Under the pieces are notes generated by a model. It ran no database searches, was not told the DNA's origin, and saw only the letters and a list, made by a program, of their open reading frames with translations. Shown piece after piece: positions 24,473 through 38,355 of a stretch of DNA of 64,000 nucleotides. The stretch's first letter is position 1; the number at the start of each line of letters is the position of its first letter. This DNA is from Octopus sinensis. Its lineage: Eukaryota. The stretch is from positions 15,500,001 to 15,564,000 of the forward strand of contig NC_043017.1 in NCBI RefSeq assembly GCF_006345805.1, given 5' to 3'. A program made the position numbers and the translations under genes.

Positions 24473-25503
24473 TTTATGTAGTTATTGTATTTGATCGGAC
24501 TCCAGCGATTTCTGATGTACATATATGTGTGTATGTATGTATACCGCACGCACACGCTCTGCTCTTACCAAAATTCTCAATACAATTTATAAAGTATAAA
24601 ATAAATTTATATTTCTAGAAACAACTTTTAAAAACGAAGCAATTATTTCTAATCCAGCGATGATGGCTTTTTAATTAAATCCTCTCGTGTCTTTGTCTAA
24701 TGGGATTTTCAGTGATGTTAAATAGAAAACAACGTCGAGAAATGGAAGAAGATTTATTAAAATATATTTTATATTTTTTTCTTATTTTGAAATGCCATAA
24801 AAATTTTTTAAATGGATTTTTAAAATCTGAATATGTTTGTGTCACTTCACTTATATGAAAAGATATTCGTGGAGTATAAAGAAGGCGATGAGTCGTCTTG
24901 ATGTCCTTTTTTCCATGCTAGCATGGATCGGACAGCTGGATGCCCTCTCTAGCTCCAATCTTCGCCTATTTCAAAGCAAAGTAATGATTCCTCGTGGGTT
25001 GAATTGGAAACAAAAGACGCCGCTTGTATGGCAGTGAAGTTCTTTTTTACGACTCTCACCTGAACTCACAACAAGAAACCACAACATACTTCTGTGCATG
25101 CGCACACATGCACCTTAATGTGCGTGTGTGTGCATTATGTGCAACAAAACAGATTTTTTTAAAAACCGTTTGTATAAAACAGATACATCGCGAAAAGCCA
25201 AATTAACTGTGATATTCGGCCTGAGATAATATCTCTTCTGGATGTAATGTGTTTATATATACATATATATATAGAGAGGGGGGGGGGGCTACGAGAGGTA
25301 ATGGTGTCAATAAGACCCAAACGTGTGAGGTAATGCTGAGTAAGTGCTATGGATGGACCATAGTTAAGCTCCAGGTTCGGTGATTATTCGAACGAGGAGT
25401 CCAGCATAGGTCACATGTCAGCATGTGTATATATAAAAAAAATTTTCAGAAAGAGATAAAAAAACCAAGGCTGTGTAAATTTTAGAACATTTATAAAGAG
25501 AAA

Positions 25504-25551
25504 GTCTTACAGCTGTTTCCAGGATATTTATTATATCCCTTCATCGGAGAC
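25504..25551 (-). ncRNA. Minimal type I hammerhead-ribozyme motif (CCGAUGA core)
   Basis: GTCT-CCGATGA-AGGGATAT-aata-AATATCCTG-GAAAC-AGCT-GT-A-AGAC. Confidence 0.65.
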
Positions 25552-25753
25552 GGTGTGAGAAGATGGTTAAGAAATATAGTTAATTTAGATAAGATACGAA
25601 ACAGAGAGTGAGGTAGAGGAATGAAAATAGATCACTTAATGGATCTACAAATGCAATGTCCCTGCATATCTCACATCTATTTTCATTCCTCCACCTCACT
25701 CTGTTTCGTATCTTATCTAAATTAACTATATTGCTTAACCATTTTCTCACACC

Positions 25754-25805
25754 GTCTCCGATGAAGGGATATAATTAATAAATACCCTGGAAACAGCTGT
25801 AAGAC
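25754..25805 (+). ncRNA. Minimal type I hammerhead-ribozyme motif (CCGAUGA core)
   Basis: GTCT-CCGATGA-AGGG..CCCTG-GAAAC-AGCT-GT-A-AGAC: stem I GTCT/AGAC, palindromic ACAGCTGT, GUA site. Confidence 0.65.
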
Positions 25806-25949
25806 CTTCTCTTTATAAATGTTCTAAAATCTACACAGCCTTGGTTTTTTTATCTCATTCTGAAAAAAAATTTATATATATACGTATATATACATATGTC
25901 TATATACACACATATATATATTCACAACGTGGATATTGAATCCTCTTAA

Positions 25950-26160
25950 GTTGGCGATCTGGCAGAAACGTTAGCACGCTGGATGAAATGCTTAGCTGTA
26001 TTTCGTCTGTCTTTATGTTCTGAGTTCAAATTCAGCTGAGGTCAGCTTTGCCTTTCATCCTTTCGGAGTCGATAAATTAAGCACTATTTGCGTACTGGGG
26101 CCGATCTAATTGACTGACCTCCTCCCCCAAAATGAGCCTTGTGCCAAAGAGTAGAAAAAG
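25950..26160 (+). mobile_element. tRNA-derived SINE family 1
   Basis: ggcgatctggcagaaacgttagc..gagttcaaattc..tttcggagtcgataaattaag. Confidence 0.75.
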
Positions 26161-26384
26161 ATATTTAAGCCTCTTTACAGGGATATTTTTATCCAAGATA
26201 AACTGGTTTAGTGTATTACATTTTCAAGAGATATTTCTTCAATGAATATATTATATAAAATATCGTAAAATATCAAACATTATTATTGAGTTAGAAAACA
26301 GATCTAATGGATACAAATTAATTTATTAATTAATTAACATCTTCACCTACAATTGCTTCAATTCACAAAGAAAATTAAAATGAC

Positions 26385-26665
26385 AAAACATATATAATCT
26401 TGCATTTTAAATAACCTTGTATGGAAATTCAGGGACAAAACAAGGATTAGATCAAGATACATTTGGAATACTCAGTCATGTTTATTGTGTGTGTGCACGC
26501 ATGCATTAAAATTATTTTATCTTTAATTCATTGTTTACACACACATAATAAACATGACTAGATTTCTGAGTATACCAACGTATCCTAATGAAGTCCTTCA
26601 TTTGTCCTTTGTACATCCTGATGAATTTCGATACGAGATATTTAAAATGCAAAATTATATATTTA
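26385..26665. repeat. Old imperfect inverted repeat, possibly a decayed Penelope pLTR pair
   Basis: atatataatcttgcattttaaata..cagtcatgtttattgtgtgtg versus cacacataataaacatgact..tatttaaaatgcaaaattatatat. Confidence 0.5.
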
Positions 26666-27029
26666 TACATCTTTTGTAATTTTTATTTTGTTTATGAAAT
26701 GAAGCTATATATAAAATGAAAATAAATCAAGGTAGAAAATGCTAAAATAGATTTATCATGAAATGCATTTTGTAATGGTTACTACAGTTTGGGTTTTTTT
26801 TTTACTTTTTTCAACTAAGAGTAAAACAAGAGAAACAAATATTCATTGAAGAAAAAATTAAATGAAATGTTTTATAAATATTTCCATAATCTTCAAATAG
26901 GTTGGACATCTTCGTTTTTTTTTTCTCTCTCTCTTTTCCTTTGTAAAAGCTTGGTAAATTGTAGCAGATCTGACGAAATGGCGTTTATGGGTGCAGAGAA
27001 ATATTTGGTTCTGAAGTTTGAGGGTTTAC

Positions 27030-27560
27030 ATAAAAAATAACTGGAAGAGATATCTGGATAACTGCTTAATTCTTTGGCATGAAAGCATAGAGAGAGACTT
27101 AAAGAATTTCAAGCACTTCTAAATGGACTTGACATAAACGTCCTATATACGATGGAATATAGCCATCAACAACTTCCATTCCTCAACATCATCATTAAGA
27201 AATCTAACAGCAAAATACAAACAGACATGCTATATAGACCCACGGGCTCCAAGCAATATCTACTGTTCAACGTGTGCCACCCCAGATACACTAAAATGAA
27301 TATCCCTTTCAATCTGGCCAAAAGGATTTGCACCATAGCATCTGATACATGCAACCACATGAGCTGAAGGATACATTCATCAGCAGGAACTAACCGTCAC
27401 TAATTGATACAGGCTTTCAACGTACCCTACAACTCAATATCCACAAACTCAGACCAAAGAAGGATCCACAACCAAAAGCCCTACCATACATATCCACACA
27501 CAATCCCTTAAACAACGAGGCCTTTGACACCATCCTCCAAATCACTCTCAAACCAGTCTT
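27030..27560 (+). mobile_element. Decayed Penelope-like RT fragment
   Basis: WKRYLDNCLILW (YxDD decayed), TMEYSHQQLPFLNIII, YRPTGSKQYLLFNVCHPRYTKMNIPFNLAKRICTI. Confidence 0.8.
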
Positions 27561-27949
27561 TAACTGACGAATCACACTTGTTATGAAGTTCTTTCCTTGG
27601 GAAGGAGGAGGGTTTCCTTGAAAAATAAATCGGCCGCAAAATGTCAGGGCAATCTCCTTGTTTTTACATTTCTGTACAAATAGGATAACAACAGGTATTT
27701 ATATCTGTTTACTTTCCACGTCATAGTCTAACTACATTATATTTGTTTTAGATTTTCTAATAAAAGCTGTTTGATAGAAAAAATATTGTGTAACACATTT
27801 ATATGTAAATGACAATCTCTGTAGATTCCATAGGTTTATAGCACTTCAAAATGGAATCCGTGTTTAATCCTAAATCTGGTCCTAGCAAAACAGGTGATGA
27901 TGAGATAGCTTTGGTATAAATACATTTATGTATGCTGTGCTGAAAAGAC

Positions 27950-28378
27950 TGCACTGGTATGGTCCTGTGAAGCATATGGGTGAGAACAACTGCATCAAGA
28001 AGTATGGAGGGAACCTAGAAGAGGAAGATATGGGATGAAGTGGTGAGAAAGGGTCTTCAGATATTGGGCCTCACAGAGGAGATGGCAAGGGACCTGCCGT
28101 TTTCCAGTGCTTGAAAAGACACATCAAGCTGAGTAAAATCGTTGCTGTCCTTACCAACAAGCATCTTCCCTACATCCTGCTCTCAGCTGGGAAATCTTAG
28201 TCTTGGGGGTGCTGGTGTCACATAAAAGTACCAAGCACACTATAAAGTGGTTGGCATTAGAAAAGGCATCCAATCATAAAAACCATGCTAAAACAAATAG
28301 AACCTGGCAGCTGGCCAACTCCTATTTAACTGTCCAACCCATGCCAGCATGAAGAACAGACGTTAAACTATGATGATG
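27950..28378 (+). mobile_element. RTE-clade LINE 3' fragment with (GAT)n tail
   Basis: Decayed WYGxV..GRPRKTWDEVV-like end, then ggtgtcacataaaagtacc..ggcattagaaaaggcatcc..cccatgccagcatg..gacgttaaactatgatgatg. Confidence 0.7.
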
Positions 28379-28614
28379 CATTATATATATATATATATAT
28401 ATAACCGAGTTGCTGATTTTGACATATGAGGTATCAAAAAATTCAGTAATCTACTAAATAATGTATGCTTTTTGCACAACTCCTTTTTTACTACAAAAAT
28501 AACCTCAAAAACGAGGTCGGGTCACACAATTTTGAGGTCTTTAGCTAAGGGAGGCAACTCTGCTGGACACAATACTCAATTTAACAACAAATATAAATAC
28601 GCATATTAGGTCCA

Positions 28615-28770
28615 ACAATGACTGGTTGAGCCGTTTGCTTCCCAACCACACAGTTCCACGTTCAGTCCCTTTGCATGGTAGCTTGACCAAGTGTTTTCTA
28701 TTATAGCCCTAGGCCAACCACAGATTTGTGACTGAATTTGGTAGATGGAAACTGCAGCATTGCTCATTAG
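28615..28770 (+). mobile_element. SINE family 2, 5' part
   Basis: ttgcttcccaaccacacagttcc..ttgaccaagtgttttctattatagcc..tttggtagatggaaactg. Confidence 0.65.
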
Positions 28771-29949
28771 AAAATGACTGTAAAACATTTTTTATAAATA
28801 AGAGTTGTTTGCTTTTATACTCCTTGTGTGCCAATTCTACCCATAAGAAAGAAACAATAAAATGTGGCTCATAACACCCTCGCAATGCTAGCACGTGTGT
28901 ATATATATATATATATACCTATTCATACATAGACATATTTAAGCTATATATATGTGTAAGATAGGGGGGGGGCAAATAGGCAGAGCTACATACATACAAA
29001 CATTGCACTGAGATATGCTTCCTCTCACACACAAAAGTGGGGTCCTGTCTCTCCAGATTGTATTTGAAGTGAAAATTGAAAAATTTAATTGACATTTCAT
29101 TTCAAACATCTGTGTATTTATTGTCAATGAACTCGGGGTAATGTGTGTGGAGGGGGGACATTAATTGGTTATTAATTAAAATGAGTGCCGTTAAGGAGAC
29201 AGGCAGTTTAATTAGCTGTTAATAAATTGGAGATGCTGTAAAAGGGTTGTTGGTAGCAGTGGTGGTGGCAGGTCAGTACTGATGCAGAGTTTATCTGGGA
29301 CTGCATCGAAGACTGTTTCATTTGTCAATGTTTTTAGCCCCAGGTCGTTGCTGATCCAGACAGTTCTATGTCATGAGCTTATCTTTTGGTATCCAATGTG
29401 CCTTTCCCTTCTAAAATGGTAGGGTTTGGCTGCTCTTCCTTGCAGGTTAAGTGGTTCTCCAGAAGTAACTCCCAACCCCACCCCTGTAAGTCACCAACTT
29501 CCCTCTTCACATGCGTGTGTGTGTGTGTGTGTGTGTGGTGGTGGGGGTCGATTGGATTTATCAATAAAGTTTTGTTTAAAATTAAAACTTGGATTGGATT
29601 TGAGGTTGAAAGATCACCACCACCACCACCACCACCACTGCAGCAAACACCAAAACTGATATTAGTTTCCACTCCTTTGACTTAGCAGTTTGACCGTAGG
29701 AGATTGATTGAATAAGTAGCAGAGGAACAGAAAAACAGGAGGAGTCAATAATAAGTTTGGCGACAAATTTAGAATGGAAGCAGGGTCAGGGTTATAGTTA
29801 GTCCTCCAATCACTCCTGTTCATGAAACTTATCCAAGCCATAACAGAAGAGTTTTAAGACGAGATGTCTTTGGAAGTCTCTGTATGTTGAAGGTTTTAGC
29901 AGTTAATAGCGGAGTCTGTGGAAGATTTAGACAACAAAATTCCAGCCCT

Positions 29950-30400
29950 GAAAGCAAATGTTTAAAGAATTTCGGAACTATGCCATTATCTGGGAAATAG
30001 TACTTGATGAGAAGAAATAGGATCCGGTAGAGCTTCTGTTTGGTGTAGCCAGTGAAAAGTATGGATGCACAACAGGTGTAGTAGAATTAAGATGATCCAG
30101 GTTGAAGTGTGGAGTTTTGCATACAATATTTGCCATGAAGAAGAGATGCACACTTAGAAGAACTGTTTGGAATTGCCAAGCATTCAAGAAGTCTTTGAAG
30201 ATGTGAAGTTTTATTCCAGCAATATGAGGCACCTCACACAACCATATGGGCCTATTTTGATGAGATGATGCCAAACAGTTGGGTTGAACAAAAAAGTTCA
30301 GTAGAATACCTTTACACCACTAGACTTTCAAAGACAATTGTTCATTACACAAAACGCTCAACAAGAATGTGTACAAATACCAAATAAAATGTCCATTAAT
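29950..30400 (-). mobile_element. Highly decayed CR1/L2-group LINE 3' fragment
   Basis: RPIW..C, LHGKYC and HPYFSLATPNRSSTGSYFF resemble the C-terminal end of CR1/L2-group ORF2; recall-based and weak. Confidence 0.35.
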
Positions 30401-31669
30401 GTCAACAATCCCTGAAACAGAATAGTCATCTGTTTGAAAACAGGAATTCATAAAAACTAAATTCTGTCCATAAATTCCATTTAATGTATTTTAACGTTTA
30501 TAAGAAACCTTTTTCTGTCAAAACTTAGGTTAAAAAAATATGGGATTTCTTATACACGGATAGCATTATAATCCCTTACAAAACCATTTTTTCCAAATAT
30601 CAACGGTAATTCTGAAAATGAAACCTCTTTTAAACGCTGAGATACATTTTTGCTGGGCAATCTATGTATATGTGTGTATATATTATATATGTAGGCTTGA
30701 CATAAACAAAACCTGTTGCCAAAGTCCTCTTCTAATTCATTTAGCAACAACAAAATTTCTCTAATTCAACCAAAATATTTCAGGAAATTCTGCTTGAAAT
30801 TCTCTGCAAGAAAAAGAAATCTTTAAATGCAAAAACAAAATCAAAGATCTTTAAGAATTCCTACAAATGGCCTGCAGTCATTTTTTGAAACGGTTAATGA
30901 CTGATACGTGAGGAGCTGGTTGTTACTCTATCTCCTTGCTTCTTTAGATATTGAGTACATTCACACTAGCAGCAGCAGTGGTGTATAGAATTATGAGGAA
31001 ATCCGACACCTGTTTCTTTGTAAATTGCTGAAGACATTCCAAGTTTGAGGCAAGAATTAGAAAGAAAAACGGGTGGAGCCTGCCAGGCTTGAAACTCTAG
31101 CCAATAAATAAACCTGTTTTTGTTGATTTATTTTCAAAGAAAACCAAATTCTACCTGAGTAAGATATATGTGCAAGTAATGTACGTGTATGTATATACAT
31201 ATAAAACACAAATATATACACTTTCATAACAAAAACTACCTCTTCCAGTTCAGTTGGTTCACAGTTGCACACACTTCCCACTCCAAAGAAGTTTGGAGAA
31301 GTTAATGAAAATTTTTAATTTCATTGAAATTATCTCCCTTCCTTCTTTATAAGAATTACCACTATCCACGAGTTATTTCCCTTCTTTAACTTCCGGTGAT
31401 TTTTGTAATTTCAATGCCAATAAACCATTTTGTACTTTCAAAAATAGATTCCACTTACCCAATGCTAGCATGAAAAAGAAAATGCAAAATGAATGTGTCT
31501 AGGTTTTTTTACAATAGACTACATCTCATTGAACACTTACCTTCAAGCTGATGCTCAACCGACTCTTAAGACACATTCTGTGTTCCTCAAAAATTCTGTG
31601 GAATATGATTCACAAAAAGGCTGACAAAATATTTTCAGCCCAACACAACATCTCATTAAACAATTCCAC

Positions 31670-32125
31670 AAGCCTGACTGTTGGGTAAGGAGTTTGCTTC
31701 ACAACTACATGGTTTCAGGTTGTCCCACTGCAAGACACCACAAGGCATGTGTCTTCTACTATATAGCCCAAGGCCAATCAAAACCTTGTGAGTGGATTTG
31801 GTAGACAAACTGATAAACTAAAAGAAACCCGTCGTGTGTGTGCAAAACTATATAAATAAATGCATGTTTACCAACCAAAGCTTTGAGAGTGGATATGGTG
31901 GAGGGAAACTGAAAGAAGCCCATTGTATGTATGCGTGTGTGTGTGTATGTTTGTGTCTGTTCCCTCCAACATCGCTTGACAACCTATGCTGGTATGTTTA
32001 CATCCCCGTAACTTAGTTTAAGTTACGAGGATGTAAAAAGATACCAATAGAATAAGTACTAAGCTTACAAAGACTAAAGGTGGTGCTCCAGCATGGGTGC
32101 AGTCAAATGGCTGAAACAAATAAAA
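31670..32125 (+). mobile_element. SINE family 2
   Basis: Same layout as 22378-22808. Confidence 0.8.
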
Positions 32126-32149
32126 GCATACATACATACAAATAAAAAA

Positions 32150-32470
32150 ACCCTCCTTTGTTGAGTCACATTAAATATCATCACAAAACACAATCTATCA
32201 AACGAGGGGTTCCAATTGATCTGATCAGCCAACGAATGAAATTAATGGGCAAGCCACAGTCACACGTGCCCTTTTCAGGGACCTTCAACATGACACCTGT
32301 GTGTGATAAGGCTGGCCCTGCCAAATACACGTACAACTCATTTTCGTTAGTAACTGAGTGGACTGGAGCAACGTGAAATAAAGTGTCTCGCTCAAGGACA
32401 CAACAGACCCACCAGGAATTGAACTCACGGCCTTGCAATCATGAGCCAAATACCCCAACCGATTCAGCCT
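32150..32470 (-). mobile_element. tRNA-derived SINE family 3
   Basis: Minus strand ..gtgagttcaattcctgg..gttgtgtccttgagcgagacactttatttcacgttgctccagtccactcag (B box plus conserved SINE body). Confidence 0.65.
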
Positions 32471-35400
32471 TCACAATACACACACACACACACACAACCA
32501 AACACAATTTCTGCTTTTGTTGTTTGTTTTGGAGAAAAAAAAGGTTTTTATTGGAGAAGGAAAAAAAAAACCCTGGAAGAAAAACAAAAGAAATTGAAAT
32601 TGTTTTGTTTGCCATGTTTGCAGACTCTGGAAGAGTCAAGAGATGCAATAACAATTATTGCACATACAATCATATAAATATACGGGGGTGGGAGAGGGTG
32701 GTAGCAGGGCTGCCAACAAAGCCCCTCACCAGCTAATTGAGCTTTTTTTTTTTTTCAACAGGATTTTTTCTTGTTTAATTTTTAATTTGTACATTGCAGT
32801 TTCGAGGGAGAAAGTTTTTTCTTTTAAATGCAACAAATTTTGGGATTTTCAATTTTTTTCTTTTGCATTTCGTTTGGGGTTGGCTTCATTTCTTTTATTT
32901 ACTTTTTTTAATAGTTTTTCTTGTTTTCATTTCATTGTTTATATTTTGTGTTATAGAGGTCAGAGTTCAGAGGTCATGTGCTAAACAAGTAACCTCTTTT
33001 GTCGAGTCCCAGCTCAATGTTTTTTTTGTCCATTTTTCTTCCGAAGTCATTTGGTCGATAAAAAATGTTTTGTGCAGGAGAGGGAAGGAAGAAATTTAAT
33101 CAAGTGACTTTTTGAATTGCCCCAGAATGGCCGAGGCCCATTGACTGAGACCAATAAAACAGATTTCGACAGAATGAACTGAATGTTGGAAAGAGAAAGA
33201 GAGAGATGAAGCGGGGAGAGTTGTCTGTGTGTCCTGCCCCTCCCATCATGAGGACAGAACACACAATTTGGGAGATAACGAAGTAATTAAAAGAAAATGT
33301 TTAATTGAAAACATAAGTTGTTGAAAAACAGGAACTTTGTGGTGGGGGGTGGCTTGATGGAGAGAGGGGGGACACCATGGTCATCATCATCATCAACATA
33401 ATTCATTAATATGATTCTTTGTAGTGGATTGTTATTTCAACAGCCCTCCCTCCTATGGACACTCAGTGGTGGTGGTCATTTGGGTTGTCCACAGGGTAGC
33501 TTATGTAATTTCTTCAATCTGCCACTGGCTCAGAAATACTGAGGGTAGCACCCCACCACCCCCACCTAACAGGTAACCATTAAACATTTAAACCTGAGAA
33601 GAGTCAGTTTTTCATTCTGATCAGACAATCCAATCATGGCCGTCCCATTTACAACTACATTAATAACATATCCTTCCCTTTGTGAAGGAGAGCAGGGTGT
33701 GATTTCAGAGAGATTAATGGGAGAGCAGAGGCTCGGAGCCTCAGTCCCTACTGCAGGCCATTTTCTCTCGAGCTTTGAGCCATGTGGGTGTATGGGGGTG
33801 ACTTCAGCATGAAATCATGATCAATCAGTTGGTTGTCTTCATCAGAATTTCTCAAATGAGGGGTAAGTGGTGTAGAGGGGTCGATTTAATGAGCCCTAAT
33901 TAATACACCAATTAAGGAACATATTTTTGGTAGGATTTGAACTGAATGTAGAGATGATAATGGAAGGTTGTCTTGTGAGAACCAGAGAGAACCACAGACA
34001 AATGCCAACTTCTATTTACTGAGAAAAGTCAACAGTTTACATTGGCACAAAGTCCCTGAAGTTCTTGGACTCTGCAGGAACTCAAGTGGATGATAAGGTA
34101 TCTACCATATTCTTACTCCAAAGTTGGGTCAATTATAATTAATTTTATTGGTTATTGGAATTATTCTACATTAAAATAGGGGTTAAAATCTCTGGAATTT
34201 CTGAAATGTTAACAAGTGTCAAATCATCAGAAATTGTTGAAAATGTTTATAACAGAGTTGGTGGGATCTGGGTGTTCAGCACTTATAGGATGGAGATGGA
34301 GGTAAGTCTACCCTCCTCGATGGAATGAAGCTGGATCTACCCTCCTCCAGTTAAAACTGATTCTCTTTTGACAAAAATACTTGACAATTCATTAGGTTCC
34401 TTCGGTCTGTGGGGAGCAGGGTCTCGTACATCAACTGTTTTAGGGTTTGTTAAAATATTTCCCTCTCTCCCACCTCTTTCTGGTGCAATTAAAACAGCAA
34501 ACCTCCTAAACTGCAGCCTCATACATCAGCTGTCATCCACCACCACCACCACCACCACCCATACAACTGTCACTGAAGCATTAACCAAAATCAAGATTCC
34601 TGCTGCTGCTGTCTGCGTAGGGGACGGGGTGAGGCTGGGATGATGAGAAACATAAAAAAGTTCTTGCATTCGTTGCCAAATGCACACACACACACACACG
34701 TCTCTCTCACTCAAGCTATGAATGAGTTCACTAATTATTTACATTAATGCTTACATTCACATTCAAGGTTCCACTCACACTCAATTCACTTTGCTTTTTT
34801 TGTTGGGGAATTCAATAAAATAGGAAGAAAAAAAAAAAACCAAAAAAGAAAAATTAAACAGATTTTTGGCAGTTTTGGTCAATCTGTTTCTCCTGCCAGG
34901 TTTGTTGACCATAACACACTCACACACACACATTCAATGACCAATAAGAACAAAATTTGACCACAACAGACAGAAGCCTGTTGTGGTCAAGTGCAGAAAT
35001 GTGAAACAACAAACTCCAACCTTGTATCTCAACACAATTTGATGACTGACCACAAAAAACACTTTTCTTACCATTTTTTCTGTCTTTGTTTCAATGAATT
35101 TTGAAAATAATGAATTTATTAAAATAATTTTGTCGTTATTTCAGCTGGAGTTTGGAACATAAATTAATGAGGTTTTCGTGGAAGGATTTAATTTAGATCA
35201 CTTTGAAACAGGAGGTTTGTATCATAGAAGCAGAGGTGGTCACCAATGGGTTGGCATCAAATGGGTTAAAAGAGTAGTGTTGATGATGATAGGAGGAGTG
35301 GTGGTGGTGGTGGTGGTTGTTTTGATAGAAAATATTGGAATTTCAAATGTCAGAAAAGTAAAAAGGTTGACAATAACAATTTTCAGGTGCATACATACAT

Positions 35401-35499
35401 ATATATATATAAACATACACACACAACTGAGGAGTGAGTGGATTGTATGTACACGTATATCTATATAAGTGTGTATGAATGAATGTGTACATGTAAATA

Positions 35500-35551
<52 letters not shown>

Positions 35552-36042
35552 TGCATGCATGCATACACAGTAATACAATTATATAAATTTTGATAGTTCT
35601 GTGTGTGTGTGTGTGTATATATATATGTATATACACACACACACATACATACATTTAGGACAAACATGTTTTGTGCGGGTATTTAATCCTACATAATCCT
35701 CCTGCTCTTCTCTCTCTCTCAACAAGCAATCCAACATTGAAAGATGCGAGACCACACTGCCCCAGCTCTGGAGACAGCAACACCAAAATATTAACACATT
35801 CACATTCTGTCAAAAAGAATCATTTCAACGTTCCACATTTTTCAAAATCGTCTTAATTCCATTTAAATTTTTACATTTTGTTCCATTATTTGGTCAAGAG
35901 ATTTAGCTTTACCAATCATCATCAACATCATGATCATCACCACTGTCATCATAATCATCTTCTCTTAGTCATCACCATCATAACTGCTATATATATATAT
36001 AAATTGTCCACACAGCTGTCTGCCCGGTCAACTGAGATTGTT

Positions 36043-36199
36043 TCATGACTCCTGCGGAGTGTCGTCTTCCCCATGTCGTAGACGGTACTCCTCCAACGTC
36101 TGTCGGATGGTATCAGCAGAGTACTTACATTTAGGCGAACCACACGCGCATGTAAACTGTTTCCACTTGATCACCCAGAACTTCTCACCGTAGTCGAAG
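36043..36199 (-). CDS. EHMT1: EHMT1/G9a last coding exon (end of SET, post-SET, stop)
   Basis: Acceptor tttgtttcag|C; (G)[51 protein letters not shown]. Phase 2 matches the previous exon. Confidence 0.95.
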
Positions 36200-36609
36200 C
36201 TGAAACAAATTATAAGATACATGAGACACGGACCATATACACAGACACACGTGAGGCACACGCTTAGTAAAAACATAAAGAATAAAGATGTAATATCAAT
36301 GTTCTGCATTCAATATACGCCTTCATTCATCTTCTGATATATTTTCTGATCAATACACTTTTTTTAATTAGCAATCATCTTTGGATTTATAAACTGTTCC
36401 TGTCTTCAATAACCTAAACATGTTCCATTGACTGGTCGACTATTTTGTTAGCCAGATTCTAATTTACTGAGGACTTAAAGAGGTATTTACCTGGATTTAT
36501 TTCATCCAAATTTTTATCTCCATTCTGTGGGTGTGTGTGTGTGTATATATATATATATTTTACACACACATATATACATACATACATATATTATATATAC
36601 TCACATGAA

Positions 36610-37372
36610 GCCAGGATGCCAGACTCAGCTCATCAAACAATCAATGTCCTTCAGATCCGTGCATGATTGGTGGAGAGAACGTGCAACATATCATGGCTTT
36701 CATCCTGCAATGGACTGAACCGGAAGGAGGCTGCACCTGGCTCCCAATCCAATCTAGCAAAGTTTCTACAGCTGGATGCCCTTCCTACCACCAACCACTC
36801 TGAGAGTGTAGTGGGTGCTTTTTATGTGCTGCCAGCACTGGCATCGGCCACAACTATGATTTCACTCAACAAGTCTTTTCAAGCACAGCATGTTGTCTCA
36901 CGGGTACTTCTTAAACTGCCCAGTTATGCAACACTGGCATCGGCCACAGCTATGGTCTCACTTGATTTGCCAGGTCTTCTCAAGCACAGCTTATCTCCAA
37001 GCATCTCGCTCCCTTCGTGTCGTTGCCTCTGTGAGGCCCAATGTTCAATGGTTGTGCTTCACCACCTCATCCCATGTCTTCCTGGATCTACCTCTTCCAC
37101 AGGTTCCCTCTATTGCTAGGGTGTGACACTTCTTCACACGGCTGCACAGTGGTCTCTCTTGCATACCACATCTGATGCTTCTTATGTCCAACTTTTCTCT
37201 CAGGATGCTTACACTCTGCCATGTATGCACACTAGCTTCATTTCTCTCCCTCAGCAGTCATGGCCCAAGTGTCACTGCCGAGTAGCATGGCTGTTCGCAC
37301 ACATGCATTATACAATCTACCTTTCACTCTGAGTGAGAAGCCCTTTGTTACCAACAAAGGTAGGAGCTCACT
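36610..37372 (-). mobile_element. RTE-clade LINE 3' fragment in the last EHMT intron
   Basis: SLRVKGRLYNACVRTAMLLGSDTW..LREKLDIRSIRC..EGTCGRGRSRKTWDEVVKH, plus 3' UTR (ctggatgcccttcc.., gtgctttttatgtg). Confidence 0.85.
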
Positions 37373-38179
37373 GAACTTTGCCCAGGCTATATATATACAT
37401 ACATACACGCACACACACATGTTGAAAAAGGTATGTTGTCAGTCTATATCCAATATTTTTTTATCCTTACAGACAAGTGGTGTAAAGTCGACATTAGTTA
37501 CATACTGAAGGGAGATAACTCAGACAAATTTCCAATAATCTCCTTTGCTTAATATTAACCGATTACCCTTTCGCATTCAGATGTCAAATTTGATACTTAG
37601 TAATTCACATTGATTTGAAGTCATCATACATTAATCTCATAGCTTAATGATTTAAACGATGTGATTATATATCTTTAGAATGACATTGTAGGGTAGGTGT
37701 GAGAGGCCAGATTTTGACAGTTTGAACATAAAAGAATATTTGGACTGGATATGGCCAGTTTTAAATGTTAAACGGTTAAACTGTCCCACTTAACTTATGA
37801 CAAACTAATAATTGACACAACTCTACTTTAACTAGTCTCTGAAGATGGCCACACGCATAGTCTAAATCATAGATTACAACATTGAATTGGTGAACAGGTT
37901 TCTATCAGTTTCTTCAACTGAACAAGCTATTACCTGTATTTATGAATGTGTGTGTATGTATATATACATACACACTCACACACTGTATTTACTTGGAAAT
38001 AAGTTGCACCCTTAATTTAATATTAAATTTTGGTATAAAATATTTTCCCTTTCATAGTTTTAGTTTTGTACTGTTACAGTTTTTTCAGTTTAAAGCAAGC
38101 ATTATAAAGTAGTGCAACTTATACAAGAAAATTTACCTTTTATATTGTGTGTGTGTGTGTTATAAGACTTGGTACATAC

Positions 38180-38355
38180 CCCATTTCTTCTCCGGCTTTG
38201 ATGTCTCGGGATGCAAAGAAACAAATACGTGGAAAGCGCATGTCTTGGTGATCAACAAATACCTTGACGGGGATCACATTCGGTTCACATAGATGATTGA
38301 TAAAACGGCTGATGTTACCATAGCGACGGGCATCGATACAATATGTCTCACCATC
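38180..38355 (-). CDS. EHMT1: EHMT1/G9a SET-domain exon
   Basis: cag|[58 protein letters not shown](G)|gtatgt; 176 nt. Confidence 0.97.

Larger units (their letters stand above)
25431..25877. mobile_element. Palindromic pair of Penelope-type pLTRs (solo inverted repeat)
   Basis: 25431-25632 mirrors 25675-25877; each arm carries a hammerhead motif. Confidence 0.7.

Noticed and set aside
26580-26645. CTAATGA / CTGATGA..GATAC hammerhead-like motifs
   Set aside because: GAAA and the cleavage triplet are broken, and the opposite arm lacks the core.
30900-31680. Second Merlin-like relic (WFIGIE, CATVNQ on the minus strand)
   Set aside because: Only two short motif resemblances, with no TIRs identified.
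33900-34330. CR1-like relic on the minus strand
   Set aside because: The similarity is too faint to support by eye.
35116-35121. EHMT polyadenylation signal (AATAAA on the minus strand)
   Set aside because: AT-rich DNA offers several candidates; none can be chosen without transcript data.
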